A stretch of DNA of 64,000 bases from Aggregatilineales bacterium (GTDB lineage Bacteria; Chloroflexota; Anaerolineae; Aggregatilineales; J027), in contig CBDCER010000002.1 in the NCBI GenBank assembly GCA_965215855.1, positions 324,367 to 388,366 on the forward strand. The letters run 5' to 3'. The notes beneath the pieces are model-generated. The model saw nothing but the letters and a program-made list of their open reading frames with translations, searched no databases and had not been told where the DNA came from. Position numbers and translations under genes: made by a program. Positions 8,890-18,258 of this stretch are shown piece after piece. Numbering within the stretch: the stretch's first letter is position 1; the number at the start of each line of letters is the position of its first letter.

Positions 8890-10152
8890 CATGGTGGAAA
8901 CCGGCAACGTTTTCAGGGCATGGGGCACAATCAATGCCGACGGTGTGGAGGTTCCCAACAGAATTTCGGTCATGGCGACAGCGGTTGGCATATCGGGTGC
9001 GTGGAGCAGACCGGTATCTTTCAAAAAGCCGGGTTTCTGGACGCCGACCAACACCATACGATAACGTTGCTGCAATTGAGCAATCATGAAGGCGCGTTGT
9101 TCCCCTGGGCGGCTGTCGTTTGTCAATAAATGCGAAATCAGATCAGGCGTCGGGCCAAAGCGACGCAGCAAATCGAGTGTGTTTTGCTCGCCCTGCCCCT
9201 GACCGCCCTTTTCTGGCAGCGGAGCCGGCACAAGAATCACGCCACCATCGCGGATAACAGGATGGGCACTGAGACCGATATAAGTCGCGGCTCGCGATGC
9301 CTGATAGAGATTGGCGTCTTTAGGTGCGCCTACGCCTGCGATCACGACATCATACGGTGCATTGGGAACCGGACATTCGTAGAGACAGCGGGCCTGCTTC
9401 ACCAGCTTATCATGAACGTCATCGGGCGCGCCTGTCGCCAGATGTAGGATTTCCCCATCATTGTCCAACACAACGTTGATTGCATATTCGTGGCCGATTT
9501 TTGCGCCTGCTGCCTGCAAGAATCGCTGGAACGGGTTGCCTTCTACAGCACCGAGGCGTGTACCAGGCAGGTTGAGGAAAGCAGGGCTATGCGTGTGGGC
9601 GATGGTACCTGGGCCACCACAACCAATGACAGCCGTTTTGGTCCCGCCGCTATATCCGGCATACTGGTGCGGCTCGACAACACCGACCGTGATGATGGTC
9701 GCATCCAAGAGGAGGGGATTGATCTCAATAGGAACGCCATTAATCATGCCCAAGCTGAGGACTGTCGTCGGATCATGATCTACGACCTCGAAATTACCCA
9801 CCAACCAATCGCCCAGTTTGGCACGTTTTTCGGCGTCAGTGGAGCGACGGTGCATCCCTATGGCACACAATAGTTTTATGGATACACCAGTGGGTTGCAA
9901 TATACGGATAATCGGCTCCAGCAAAGTTTGGTCGGGAGAAGCACGAGTAGCGTCTGTGAAAATGGCGACCAACGGACGGCGCATATCCACTATCTCGGCA
10001 ATGTGGTGGGCGAAAGCCTCCAACTGTGCCCGAATGTCATCAGCCGTCAAGGGTTGAGCTGTCTGGAATTGCTCGACAACATCCACCAAATCCCAGGTAG
10101 AAGGTAGATCGAAGGACAGGTTGCCGTCCCCGAATGGCACGCAATAAGGCAT
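8884..10152 (-). CDS. LarA-like (DUF2088) nickel-pincer-cofactor-dependent racemase family protein
   Basis: ~422 aa. LarA-like motifs are CAIGMHR and VEPHQYAGYSGGTKTAV. I use the ATG at 10152; the ORF track starts one codon earlier at a TTG. The ATG overlaps the LysR stop (TGATG). Confidence 0.75.
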   Translation of the reverse strand: MPYCVPFGDGNLSFDLPSTWDLVDVVEQFQTAQPLTADDIRAQLEAFAHHIAEIVDMRRPLVAIFTDATRASPDQTLLEPIIRILQPTGVSIKLLCAIGMHRRSTDAEKRAKLGDWLVGNFEVVDHDPTTVLSLGMINGVPIEINPLLLDATIITVGVVEPHQYAGYSGGTKTAVIGCGGPGTIAHTHSPAFLNLPGTRLGAVEGNPFQRFLQAAGAKIGHEYAINVVLDNDGEILHLATGAPDDVHDKLVKQARCLYECPVPNAPYDVVIAGVGAPKDANLYQASRAATYIGLSAHPVIRDGGVILVPAPLPEKGGQGQGEQNTLDLLRRFGPTPDLISHLLTNDSRPGEQRAFMIAQLQQRYRMVLVGVQKPGFLKDTGLLHAPDMPTAVAMTEILLGTSTPSALIVPHALKTLPVSTMS

Positions 10153-11075
10153 CAACGGCTCTCTTCTTCCAAAACCATGTGGAGTTGCGGAAAGCTCCCG
10201 GTCAGAAAGCTAACAAATGCACGAGTGATCGGGTTGAATGGTGCGCGTTTGTCCCAAATTAGACGGATGGTGCGCTGGAGTGTGGCGTTCTGAATGGGAA
10301 GGGCGTGCATAATATCGAGGCGGCATTCGTGCTGCACGACGTATTCAGGCAGGATCGTGATACCCAAACCCGCACCGACAGCGCGTTTGATGGCCTCCGG
10401 ATTACCAAACTCGGCCACAATATCGAGGGTAACGTTGTGTTTTTGGAGCAAACTCTCCATCCAGGCGCGGGTATGGCTATTAGGCGGGCGGGCAATGAAG
10501 GGTTGAGCGTTTAGGGCCTCAAGCGGGATCATCTTGCGCTTGAACCAGGGATGGCCGCGCCCGACAATAACCATCTGATCGACTTCGCGCAACATCATCC
10601 GATCCAGGCGTTCGTCATCAGCAGGTTCGCCTTCGACAATCCCAAGATCCAGCGTGTGATTGAGAACCTGGCTCACGATTTGCGAGGTAACATCGGTGGT
10701 CAGCGAGGCAGTCAGATTGGGAAAACGCTGCTGGAAACCGCCGATCCAGTCTGGCAGTAAATAGACATCAGTGCCCGGCGTGGCTCCGAGGCGCAGTTGA
10801 CCACTTGCCAGCAATTCCACATCGGTCACGGCGCTGGCGGCCTCGCGGACGAGTTGCAATATGCGCGTGGTGTAATCCAGCAAAATCTGACCAGCGGGGG
10901 TCAACGTGACACCACGTCGCCCTCGGATGAACAACTGAGTCCCCAATTGACTTTCCAGATCTTGAATATGCTGACTGATGGCAGATTGAGTCAGGTAGAG
11001 CCGGTCAGCGGCTTTGCTGAAACTGCCCGCTTCGGTCACCGTTGCAAAGATTTCGAGTTTGTAGAGACTGAGCAT
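10152..11075 (-). CDS. LysR-family transcriptional regulator
   Basis: 307 aa. N-terminal wHTH FSKAADRLYLTQSAISQHIQDLE followed by a LysR substrate-binding domain. Confidence 0.9.
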   Translation of the reverse strand: MLSLYKLEIFATVTEAGSFSKAADRLYLTQSAISQHIQDLESQLGTQLFIRGRRGVTLTPAGQILLDYTTRILQLVREAASAVTDVELLASGQLRLGATPGTDVYLLPDWIGGFQQRFPNLTASLTTDVTSQIVSQVLNHTLDLGIVEGEPADDERLDRMMLREVDQMVIVGRGHPWFKRKMIPLEALNAQPFIARPPNSHTRAWMESLLQKHNVTLDIVAEFGNPEAIKRAVGAGLGITILPEYVVQHECRLDIMHALPIQNATLQRTIRLIWDKRAPFNPITRAFVSFLTGSFPQLHMVLEEESR

Positions 11076-11094
11076 GGGACAGTTCCCTTGAGCT

Positions 11095-11123
11095 ATAAGC
11101 CATGACTTATGTCAGATTATAAG
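11095..11123. promoter_or_regulatory. dyad-symmetric candidate LysR operator in the divergent intergenic region
   Basis: ATAAGcCATGaCTTAT (11095-11110) is palindromic at 14 of 16 positions. A further ATAAG lies at 11119-11123. The site sits between the divergent LysR and rhodanese genes. Confidence 0.3.
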
Positions 11124-11201
11124 CAATCTGCGCTGTTTCCCCTACCCTAAAACGCATAGAATTGCTGCATCAGGTCAATCCTATATCCTCGACGGTGCAA
11201 T

Positions 11202-11552
11202 ATGAATCTACTCAGGCAATTCCTACCCGGCGGCAATGCGCTCAACCTTGATGTTCAAGACGTATATCAGAACATGCAGAATGGCGCTGTGCCCTATCTA
11301 TTAGATGTTCGCCAACCCTTTGAATTCCAGAACGGCCACATCCCCGGCTCGATTCTAGTTCCAATGAGTGATCTGCGCTCCCATCTTGAACAACTGCCAC
11401 ATGACCGCCACATTATCTGCATCTGTCGCTCTGGAGCGCGGAGCGGGATGGTGGCCCAACAGTTGGCAGGGCTGGGTTTGGAAGCCTATAACCTGCGCGG
11501 CGGTATGATCGCCTGGCAACGTGCAGGATTACCAATCCAGATCGGGAACTAA
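11202..11552 (+). CDS. rhodanese-domain sulfurtransferase
   Basis: 116 aa with active-site loop CICRSGARS. Confidence 0.85.
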   Translation: MNLLRQFLPGGNALNLDVQDVYQNMQNGAVPYLLDVRQPFEFQNGHIPGSILVPMSDLRSHLEQLPHDRHIICICRSGARSGMVAQQLAGLGLEAYNLRGGMIAWQRAGLPIQIGN

Positions 11553-11554
11553 CA

Positions 11555-12304
11555 ATGGTCATTTTGGCAGGCCTGTTATTAGGCATGGTGATTGGGCTGC
11601 TGCTCGGCTTGATGGGCGGCGGCGGCTCGATTCTAACTGTGCCCGCTCTGGTCTACATTGCAGGCCAAAGTCCGCAGGCTGCCGTCACGACCTCGCTGGC
11701 GATTGTGGGAACTAACAGTGCTGTCGGAGCCTATTTCCATAACACACAAGGCACACTGAATTGGCGTGTGGCTCTATTTTTTGGCGGCACAGGTATGGGC
11801 GCGGCCTATTTCGCAGCCGGTTTATCGCAGCATTTTTCGCAAACGATGCTGCTCGTGGCGTTTGCAGGGCTAATGCTGATAGTCGGGACGATGATGTTGC
11901 TGTATGAACGGCCCGAACACAACCCTAATGCCAGTCAAAGCCTGCCATTAATTATTGGGAGTGGGGTCGGCGTGGGCATCTTAACCGGTATATTGGGTGT
12001 CGGTGGTGGCTTTTTAATTGTCCCGGCGCTGGTCATGCTGGTCGGATTGCCGATACAACAGGCGGTTGGCACATCGCTGGTTATCATCGCCATGAACAGC
12101 CTAGCCGGGTTGTTGGGACACCTGGACACTGGTGGCATTGATCTGCAACTGACGCTGGTGTTTATCGCCGCTGGTTTGATCGGGACATTTACTAGCGCAC
12201 GCCTGAGTAAATATCTACAAGCCAACCAACTACGGCAATTGTTTGCGATCTTTGTTGTAATCATGGCTGTATTGCTGCTGTATGACAATTTACCAGATCT
12301 ATAA
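11555..12304 (+). CDS. TauE/SafE-family sulfite/anion exporter
   Basis: 249 aa and polytopic, with repeated GGGGSIL / GVGGGFLIVPAL motifs typical of TauE/SafE. Confidence 0.85.
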   Translation: MVILAGLLLGMVIGLLLGLMGGGGSILTVPALVYIAGQSPQAAVTTSLAIVGTNSAVGAYFHNTQGTLNWRVALFFGGTGMGAAYFAAGLSQHFSQTMLLVAFAGLMLIVGTMMLLYERPEHNPNASQSLPLIIGSGVGVGILTGILGVGGGFLIVPALVMLVGLPIQQAVGTSLVIIAMNSLAGLLGHLDTGGIDLQLTLVFIAAGLIGTFTSARLSKYLQANQLRQLFAIFVVIMAVLLLYDNLPDL

Positions 12305-12363
12305 ACATTTGATAGAAAACGGGCAAGCCACAATTACGTTGCCCGACTGAAAGGAATAAGCAC

Positions 12364-12774
12364 ATGCAGGAAAAACTACGATTGGGCCTACAGGTAACGT
12401 TGGACACTGATTTCGATCAAGCGGTTGAGAAAGTGACAGCAGCACTGAAAGTTGAGGGGTTTGGCGTCTTGACCGAGATCGACGTGAAAGACACCCTCAA
12501 AAAGAAGATTGATGTGGACTTTCGTCCGTACAAAATTTTGGGGGCTTGCAACCCACCGCTGGCACACCAAGCCCTGACGGCAACCCCAGAAATTGGCCTG
12601 TTGCTGCCATGCAACGTAACGGTTTCGTATGTGGAAGACAACATGACGGAAATAACCCTGGTTGACCCAATGTCGATGATGAGTTTTGTGGAACATCCTG
12701 ATCTACAACCTATCGCTGCGGATGCCGGTGCGCGTCTGGCGCGAGTGAAAGCCAGCTTGGAGGAAAATAACTAA
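12364..12774 (+). CDS. DUF302 domain protein
   Basis: 136 aa. The pattern GFGVLTEIDV ... YKILGACNP is typical of DUF302. Confidence 0.7.
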   Translation: MQEKLRLGLQVTLDTDFDQAVEKVTAALKVEGFGVLTEIDVKDTLKKKIDVDFRPYKILGACNPPLAHQALTATPEIGLLLPCNVTVSYVEDNMTEITLVDPMSMMSFVEHPDLQPIAADAGARLARVKASLEENN

Positions 12775-12989
12775 TGCCCATTTATGAATTTGACTGTGTG
12801 GATTGCAACAACGATTTTCAGAAATTGGTACACCGCATCAGCGCCATTGATGAGGTGACCTGTCCAGATTGTGGCAGTCCCAACATCAAGAAGAAACTGT
12901 CGATATTCTCATCGAAAATAGCCAGCACGAGTTCCGTTGCCAGCACCAGCAGCAACAGTAGCGCCAGTTGTGCGCCAGGTGGTGGCTGA
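12774..12989 (+). CDS. FmdB-family zinc-ribbon protein
   Basis: 71 aa. MPIYEFDCVDCNNDF ... CPDCGS gives two CxxC pairs, followed by a Ser-rich tail. TAATG overlap with the upstream gene. Confidence 0.7.
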   Translation: MPIYEFDCVDCNNDFQKLVHRISAIDEVTCPDCGSPNIKKKLSIFSSKIASTSSVASTSSNSSASCAPGGG

Positions 12990-13189
12990 GGCATTCGATG
13001 GTAATGCTGGCCGTGTGCCAGCTTTCGCGCATACATCGACCAGTCGTAGCGGGTTGCGTTACGGCTGGTTTGCGTTTTTCAGGCGGAATGACAACAGATT
13101 TGCCGCCATTCGTCCATTGTTTTTCACCTGAATCTCAGTAGACTCAGCACTATATGTGATAGATATGCAACACCTTAAGGAGTTTCACC

Positions 13190-14176
13190 GTGAAGCAACC
13201 TATTCGCGTCGCAGTGACAGGCGGCGCAGGTCAAATTGGTTATAGTTTGTTGTTCCGGCTGGCAAATGGCGAAACATTTGGCACTGATCAACCTGTGATC
13301 CTGCAAATTTTGGAAATCCCGCAAGCAATGGACGGGCTGAAGGGTGTGGTCATGGAATTAAATGACTGCGCGTTCCCCCTCCTTGAAAACATCATCGCTA
13401 CCGATGACCCCAACGTGGCATTCAAGGGTGTCAACTGGGCGCTGTTGGTCGGCAGCCGCCCGCGCAGTGCGGATATGGAGCGCAAAGACCTGATCGCCAT
13501 TAATGGCAAGATTTTCGTGGGGCAAGGCAAGGCCCTCAATGACAATGCGGCAGATGATGTGCGAATTGTGGTGATCGGTAATCCATGCAATACGAACTGT
13601 TTGGTCGCTCGCAAGAATGCTCCAGACATTCCGTCAGATCGTTGGTTCGCCATGACACGTCTGGATCAGAATCGTTCGCAAAGCCAGATCGCGACCAAGG
13701 CGGGTGTTTTGTCGCGGGATGTCACCAATCTGGGGGTTTGGGGCAACCACAGCGCCACACAATTCCCCAGTTTTGAACATGCCATGGTCAACGGAAAACC
13801 GGCTCTGGAGGCAATTCCGGATCGTGGCTGGTTCGAGAATGACTTTCTGAAGACAGTCCAGCAGCGTGGCAAAGCCATCATTCAGGCACGTGGCAAGAGT
13901 TCGGCAGCCAGCGCCGCCAATGCTGGCATCGATACCATTGTTAGCCTATTAAATCCAACGCCCGCTGGCGACTGGCACAGTGTAGCCGTGATGTCGGACG
14001 GTAATCCGTATGGTGTCGCAGAGGATCTGATGTTCTCGTTCCCAATCCGCACCAATGCCGATGGCAGTTGGGAAATTGTGGACGGGCTGGAACTGAGCGA
14101 CTATGCACGCCAGAAGATAGCAGCTACCGAAGCTGAATTGAAAGAAGAAAAAGCGGCGGTTGCTGACTTAATGTAG
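13190..14176 (+). CDS. mdh: malate dehydrogenase (NAD-dependent, long/Thermus-type)
   Basis: 328 aa with a GTG start and TAAGGAG RBS. N-terminus [24 protein letters not shown]; also VIGNPCNTN and WGNHS motifs. Confidence 0.95.
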   Translation: MKQPIRVAVTGGAGQIGYSLLFRLANGETFGTDQPVILQILEIPQAMDGLKGVVMELNDCAFPLLENIIATDDPNVAFKGVNWALLVGSRPRSADMERKDLIAINGKIFVGQGKALNDNAADDVRIVVIGNPCNTNCLVARKNAPDIPSDRWFAMTRLDQNRSQSQIATKAGVLSRDVTNLGVWGNHSATQFPSFEHAMVNGKPALEAIPDRGWFENDFLKTVQQRGKAIIQARGKSSAASAANAGIDTIVSLLNPTPAGDWHSVAVMSDGNPYGVAEDLMFSFPIRTNADGSWEIVDGLELSDYARQKIAATEAELKEEKAAVADLM

Positions 14177-14197
14177 CAACATTCCGCAAAATTAAAG

Positions 14198-14229
14198 GGC
14201 ACTACCATACGTCATGGTGTGCCTTTTTT
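14198..14229. terminator. Rho-independent terminator (probably bidirectional) after mdh
   Basis: GGCAC(T)ACCAT (14198-14208) pairs with ATGGTGTGCC (14214-14223) around a 5-nt loop. TTTTTT follows at 14224-14229, and an A/T-rich run lies on the other side. Confidence 0.6.
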
Positions 14230-14270
14230 GTTGTAGCAAGCCAATAATTAAATAATTCGCTGGGTATCGC

Positions 14271-15317
14271 CTAACCGTATAATTTCTCCGCCATTGTTCG
14301 TGCTTGTTGGGGCCAGTCTGTCGGGTCCAGGTCTTCCAGGCCAGCCTTCTTTAAGGCTTTCTGCAACCCAGACACATCTGCTCTTGCCAGGTCATCGAAA
14401 CTACGAACACGCGCAGCATACAGTGTATCCTGTACCGCTTTGCTGATACCCCCAATCTGGGTAAGTTCATCGTACAAGTAGCCACTCTTGACACGCTCTT
14501 GTAACTCATTCAAAGCGGACATGTTGCCTTCGGCAGCCAATTTGGCCTGCCGTACCCAGGTCGTTGTGCTACCTACAATCCGAACTTTCTGTTCCGTCTT
14601 GACGATGCGCTCCAGATCTGTCGGAGACATGTCCGCGATTTGGGCGAAGGTCGTGATACCACTGGTGTTAAGTGCAGCAGCAACTTTTGGCCCGATTCCC
14701 TCAATGATCTTCAAGTCATCTGGTTCCGCCGGAGTAGCGTCTTCAACAACTTCAGCTACCGTTTCGGCTTCCTCAGCGACCGCTTCAGCTACTGTTTCAG
14801 CTTCCTCAGCAACCGCTTCAACAGCCTCTTCGACTGGCGCGGCATCTTCAACCGCCTCGACCGCTTCAACGGCTTCCTCGACTGGCGCTACATCTTCAAC
14901 CACCTCAACAGCTTCTTCGACTAGTGTAGCATCTTCAGCCGCCTCGACCGCTTCAGCGGCTTCCTCAACAACATCAACTTCGGCTATCTCAGCAGTCGCC
15001 ATCGCATCGGCTACAATCGCGGCAGCATCGTCTTCCAGGGTGACCACGTCAGCATATTCTTCCTCATGTTCGTCGTGGTGATGACCGGTATAATAAGGTG
15101 TTTTCAAATCATCAAAACGTTTCCAGGGCTGGGTCGCCAACCACATTCCTGTGCCGATAGCAAGCAAAATAGCACCAGCAAGAACGACCATCTGGGCAGT
15201 GTCGCTGTCTGAGCCAAACCCAAGCATCGCACCACCTGCCATCAACAAGAATATTCCCAATCCGGCAAAAACCGCCGCAATATTTTCCTTCATATTCAAA
15301 GGCTCGCGTGCAGACAT
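14271..15317 (-). CDS. membrane-anchored acidic-repeat protein with C-terminal helix-hairpin-helix-like modules
   Basis: 348 aa with two N-terminal TM helices. A long E/A/V tandem-repeat region follows. The C-terminus carries HhH-like units (IIEGIGPKVAAALNTSGITTFAQIA; LTQIGGISKAVQDTLYAARV). Confidence 0.65.
   Translation of the reverse strand: MSAREPLNMKENIAAVFAGLGIFLLMAGGAMLGFGSDSDTAQMVVLAGAILLAIGTGMWLATQPWKRFDDLKTPYYTGHHHDEHEEEYADVVTLEDDAAAIVADAMATAEIAEVDVVEEAAEAVEAAEDATLVEEAVEVVEDVAPVEEAVEAVEAVEDAAPVEEAVEAVAEEAETVAEAVAEEAETVAEVVEDATPAEPDDLKIIEGIGPKVAAALNTSGITTFAQIADMSPTDLERIVKTEQKVRIVGSTTTWVRQAKLAAEGNMSALNELQERVKSGYLYDELTQIGGISKAVQDTLYAARVRSFDDLARADVSGLQKALKKAGLEDLDPTDWPQQARTMAEKLYG
14751..14960 (-). 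repeat. in-frame tandem DNA repeats encoding the acidic E/A/V region
   Basis: Two 33-nt units (14751-14783 and 14784-14816) differ at 3 positions. They are followed by 48-nt units (14817-14864 and 14865-12) differing at 8 positions, plus a partial further copy. Confidence 0.8.
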
Positions 15318-15389
15318 CGGCTAACCATCCTCCAATAGAGTATCATTATTGTTAATTGGATTATTTATTGTGCCACAACAAGCACAATC

Positions 15390-16247
15390 ATGCGAATAAT
15401 TGGAAATATGCCAAATATCGACATTCGTATACTACAAACCATCGAGGAACTGACAGAAGTCGTCGAAGTCCAAGCGACGTTCTGGCGCGAAACACGCACG
15501 GTGATCCAGCGCAACATGTTGTTATCGTTAGCTCGGAATGGTGGGGCCATCATGGGTGCGTACCATGATGGCCGGATGATAGGGTTCATCATGGGCTATC
15601 TGGGGCTGGAACATCCACCATCGGGCCGTCCGGCTCGCGATCATCTGAAATTCGTCTCGCAACGCATGGCCGTGTTACCTGACTATCGCCATCAGGGGAT
15701 TGGCTATCAACTAAAATTGGCACAGCGCCAATATGCACGGCAACTCGATGTTCCGCTCATTACATGGACATTTGACCCACTGCTAAGCCGCAATGCTCAT
15801 TTCAATCTTCACAAATTGGGTAGCATTTCGCGTCAATACATTGTGGATTACTACGGAGCCGATTCGCCTGTTGCGCTGGCTGGATCTACGGACCGGTGGC
15901 TAGTTGAATGGTGGGTAGGAAGTGAACACGTTAGTCAACGACTTGGCGGGATGAAGTCAAGTGCTGCTGACTATCTGGCAAATGCACGATATATACATCC
16001 TCTGGAGCAAGATAGAACTGCCCTGCTTGAACATGTCGAAATACTGCTCATCGAGATACCTTATGACTATGAGCAAATAGTCGCAGATAACCCTGCTCAG
16101 GCACAACGATGGCGACAGCACAGCCGACGACTATTCCAACTTTGTCTACAGGCAGGCTATGTGGTGGTGGATTATATCCGCGAACATGAACGCGGCTTTT
16201 ATGTGCTGCGCCATACACCGCCCGTGTTATACTCTCGGAACGACTGA
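15390..16247 (+). CDS. GNAT-like acetyltransferase-fold protein
   Basis: 285 aa with a GNAT motif-A-like segment MAVLPDYRHQGIGYQLKLAQ. The start codon is uncertain because no clear RBS is present. Confidence 0.55.
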   Translation: MRIIGNMPNIDIRILQTIEELTEVVEVQATFWRETRTVIQRNMLLSLARNGGAIMGAYHDGRMIGFIMGYLGLEHPPSGRPARDHLKFVSQRMAVLPDYRHQGIGYQLKLAQRQYARQLDVPLITWTFDPLLSRNAHFNLHKLGSISRQYIVDYYGADSPVALAGSTDRWLVEWWVGSEHVSQRLGGMKSSAADYLANARYIHPLEQDRTALLEHVEILLIEIPYDYEQIVADNPAQAQRWRQHSRRLFQLCLQAGYVVVDYIREHERGFYVLRHTPPVLYSRND

Positions 16248-16268
16248 TTTTGTATAAAGGAGTTTTCA

Positions 16269-17216
16269 GTGAAATATCGTAATCTTGGCAAATCGGGTTT
16301 GAAGGTCAGTGTGTTGAGTCTGGGTGGCTGGCTCACATTTGGCGGCAGTGTCAAAGATCGTGAACTGACCGAACAGATCATCACCCACGCTTATGAGGCA
16401 GGCATTAATTTCTTCGACATCGCCGACATCTACGCTCGCGGCGAGTCGGAACGGTATATGGGTACAGTGTTGTCCAGATTCCCCCGTCACACACTCATCA
16501 TCTCGTCGAAAGTGTTCTGGCCGATGAGCGATGACGTGAATGATCGTGGTCTTTCGCGCAAGCACATTATGGAAAGTATTGACAAATCGTTGCAGCGCAT
16601 CGGCACGGACTACCTGGATATGTATTTTTGCCACCGTTTCGACGAAGAAACGCCAGTTGAGGAAACCTGTCGGGCCATGGATGACCTCGTGCATCAGGGC
16701 AAAGTGCTGTATTGGGGCACAAGCGAATGGACGGCAGCCCAGCTTCAAGAGGCACTGGACATCTGTGAACGCTACAATCTCTATAAACCCCAGGTCGAGC
16801 AGCCGCAATACAATTTGCTGGTGAATCAGCTTATGCACGACGATATTATCCCACTGGCCGAGCGTGAAGGATTGGGCCTGGTGGTTTGGAGTCCGCTGGC
16901 AAGCGGGGTTTTGACTGGCAAGTATGACGATGGCATCCCTGAAAATAGCCGTTTGGCTCAAGAGGACTGGTTGCGTGAAGCGATTCAGGATAGCGAGATG
17001 AACCCGTTTGAGAAGACAAAGGCGCTCAAACCCATCGCCGATGATCTGGGCATCAGCCGCGCTCAACTGGCACTGGCCTGGGCCATCCGTAAGAATGCCA
17101 TTACGAGTGCGATTACAGGTGCGACCAAGCTGCGCCAATTGGAGCAAAATCTGACGGTACTTGACCTGGAAATTGACGAGGCGACATGGGCCAACGTTGA
17201 CGCCATCTTCGCCTGA
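16269..17216 (+). CDS. aldo/keto reductase (Kv-beta-like subgroup)
   Basis: 315 aa with a GTG start after AAGGAG. AKR pattern: LGGW.TFGG, DIADIYA.GESE, YWGTSEW. Confidence 0.9.
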   Translation: MKYRNLGKSGLKVSVLSLGGWLTFGGSVKDRELTEQIITHAYEAGINFFDIADIYARGESERYMGTVLSRFPRHTLIISSKVFWPMSDDVNDRGLSRKHIMESIDKSLQRIGTDYLDMYFCHRFDEETPVEETCRAMDDLVHQGKVLYWGTSEWTAAQLQEALDICERYNLYKPQVEQPQYNLLVNQLMHDDIIPLAEREGLGLVVWSPLASGVLTGKYDDGIPENSRLAQEDWLREAIQDSEMNPFEKTKALKPIADDLGISRAQLALAWAIRKNAITSAITGATKLRQLEQNLTVLDLEIDEATWANVDAIFA

Positions 17217-17218
17217 GA

Positions 17219-18166
17219 CTAAGCACCCAGCGTTGCACCGTCAATCTCAGCAAATCCGTTGAGGAAGTCGGCAGCCCCCATCGCGGATCGTCCGGCCACT
17301 TGGAGCCGCGATGGGGCATAGCGTCCCTCGCCCGTGCCGATGACGAGTGGTGTATCCCCAGCTTGGCGTGTAACTTCTCCCACAGCCAGTCCCGCCGGAT
17401 TGCCCTCCAGCACCCTACCCTGAAGAATCTTCAGTAGACGACTATCCCAATAGGTAAATGTTCCCGGCCAGGGATAGAAAGCTCGCACACGCCGGTCAAT
17501 CTCGCTAGCAGATTGGCTCCAATCCAAACATCCATCTTCTTTCTTGATACGCGGGGCATAGGTCATGAGCGTCTCGTCCTGGGGTTGGGGGTGAATGTCT
17601 CCGCGCAAATAGGCCCGCAATGTCCTAACCAGCAAGGGGCCGCCCAAAGCGGCCAATTTATCATGCAGGCTTTGTCCAGTCTCGTCGGTGGCAATCTCTA
17701 CCGTTTCCTGACTGAGCATGGGGCCGGTATCTAGCCCGGCGTCCATTTGCATGATAGTGATGCCCGTCTGCGAATCGTCCGCCAGAATCGCGGCCTGGAT
17801 AGGAGCTGCCCCGCGCCAACGAGGTAACAGCGAAGCATGGACATTCAGGCTGCTATGAGGCGGCAAATATAGCACAGCATCGCGCAAAATCTGTCCATAA
17901 GCCGCCACGACTTGTACATCCGGGGACCAACCGCGCAATTGTTCCAATACAGCATCGCCACGCAGTTTTTCGGGCTGAAAAACCGCGATACCTGCTGCCA
18001 GCGCCACCTGTTTGACCGGGCTGGGACGCAATTTATTGCCACGTCCGGCGGGGCGGTCTGGCTGGGTAACGACCCCCACCACCTGAAAATCCTCGGCGTC
18101 GATTAAGGCTTGCAGAGATGGCACAGCAAAGTCCGGCGTGCCCATGAACACCACGCGATGAGACAT
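17219..18166 (-). CDS. fmt: methionyl-tRNA formyltransferase
   Basis: Begins MSHRVVFMGTPDFAVPSL and contains HASLLPRWRGAAPIQ. I prefer the internal ATG at 18166 (GAGGA RBS upstream) over the ORF-track start at 18208. Confidence 0.93.
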   Translation of the reverse strand: MSHRVVFMGTPDFAVPSLQALIDAEDFQVVGVVTQPDRPAGRGNKLRPSPVKQVALAAGIAVFQPEKLRGDAVLEQLRGWSPDVQVVAAYGQILRDAVLYLPPHSSLNVHASLLPRWRGAAPIQAAILADDSQTGITIMQMDAGLDTGPMLSQETVEIATDETGQSLHDKLAALGGPLLVRTLRAYLRGDIHPQPQDETLMTYAPRIKKEDGCLDWSQSASEIDRRVRAFYPWPGTFTYWDSRLLKILQGRVLEGNPAGLAVGEVTRQAGDTPLVIGTGEGRYAPSRLQVAGRSAMGAADFLNGFAEIDGATLGA

Positions 18167-18258
18167 CCTTAATGATCCTCTCAGAAAGTTTTTGTTGCCA
18201 GGAACCACACACTATAGTAGAGTGAGAATATAGTCAAGAGTTTTACGGGGTGTGAGAT

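Noticed and set aside
12818-13131. Short overlapping ORFs (72 aa on the minus strand, 64 aa on the plus strand) in the spacer between the zinc-ribbon gene and mdh
   Set aside because: They have no RBS and no motifs, and they overlap each other and the FmdB-like gene. They could be a decayed gene remnant, but I cannot support that.
14751-14960. Possible CRISPR-like or satellite repeat array
   Set aside because: The units are contiguous with no spacers. They are in frame and encode a coherent acidic peptide repeat inside a CDS.
14488-15081. 197-aa Ser/Thr/Ala-rich plus-strand ORF
   Set aside because: It is the mirror image of the E/A/V repeat tract on the other strand. Only the minus-strand product has TM helices and HhH modules and makes biological sense.
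16266-17147. 293-aa minus-strand ORF
   Set aside because: It is antisense to the clearly recognisable aldo/keto reductase. It has no motifs and a skewed composition.
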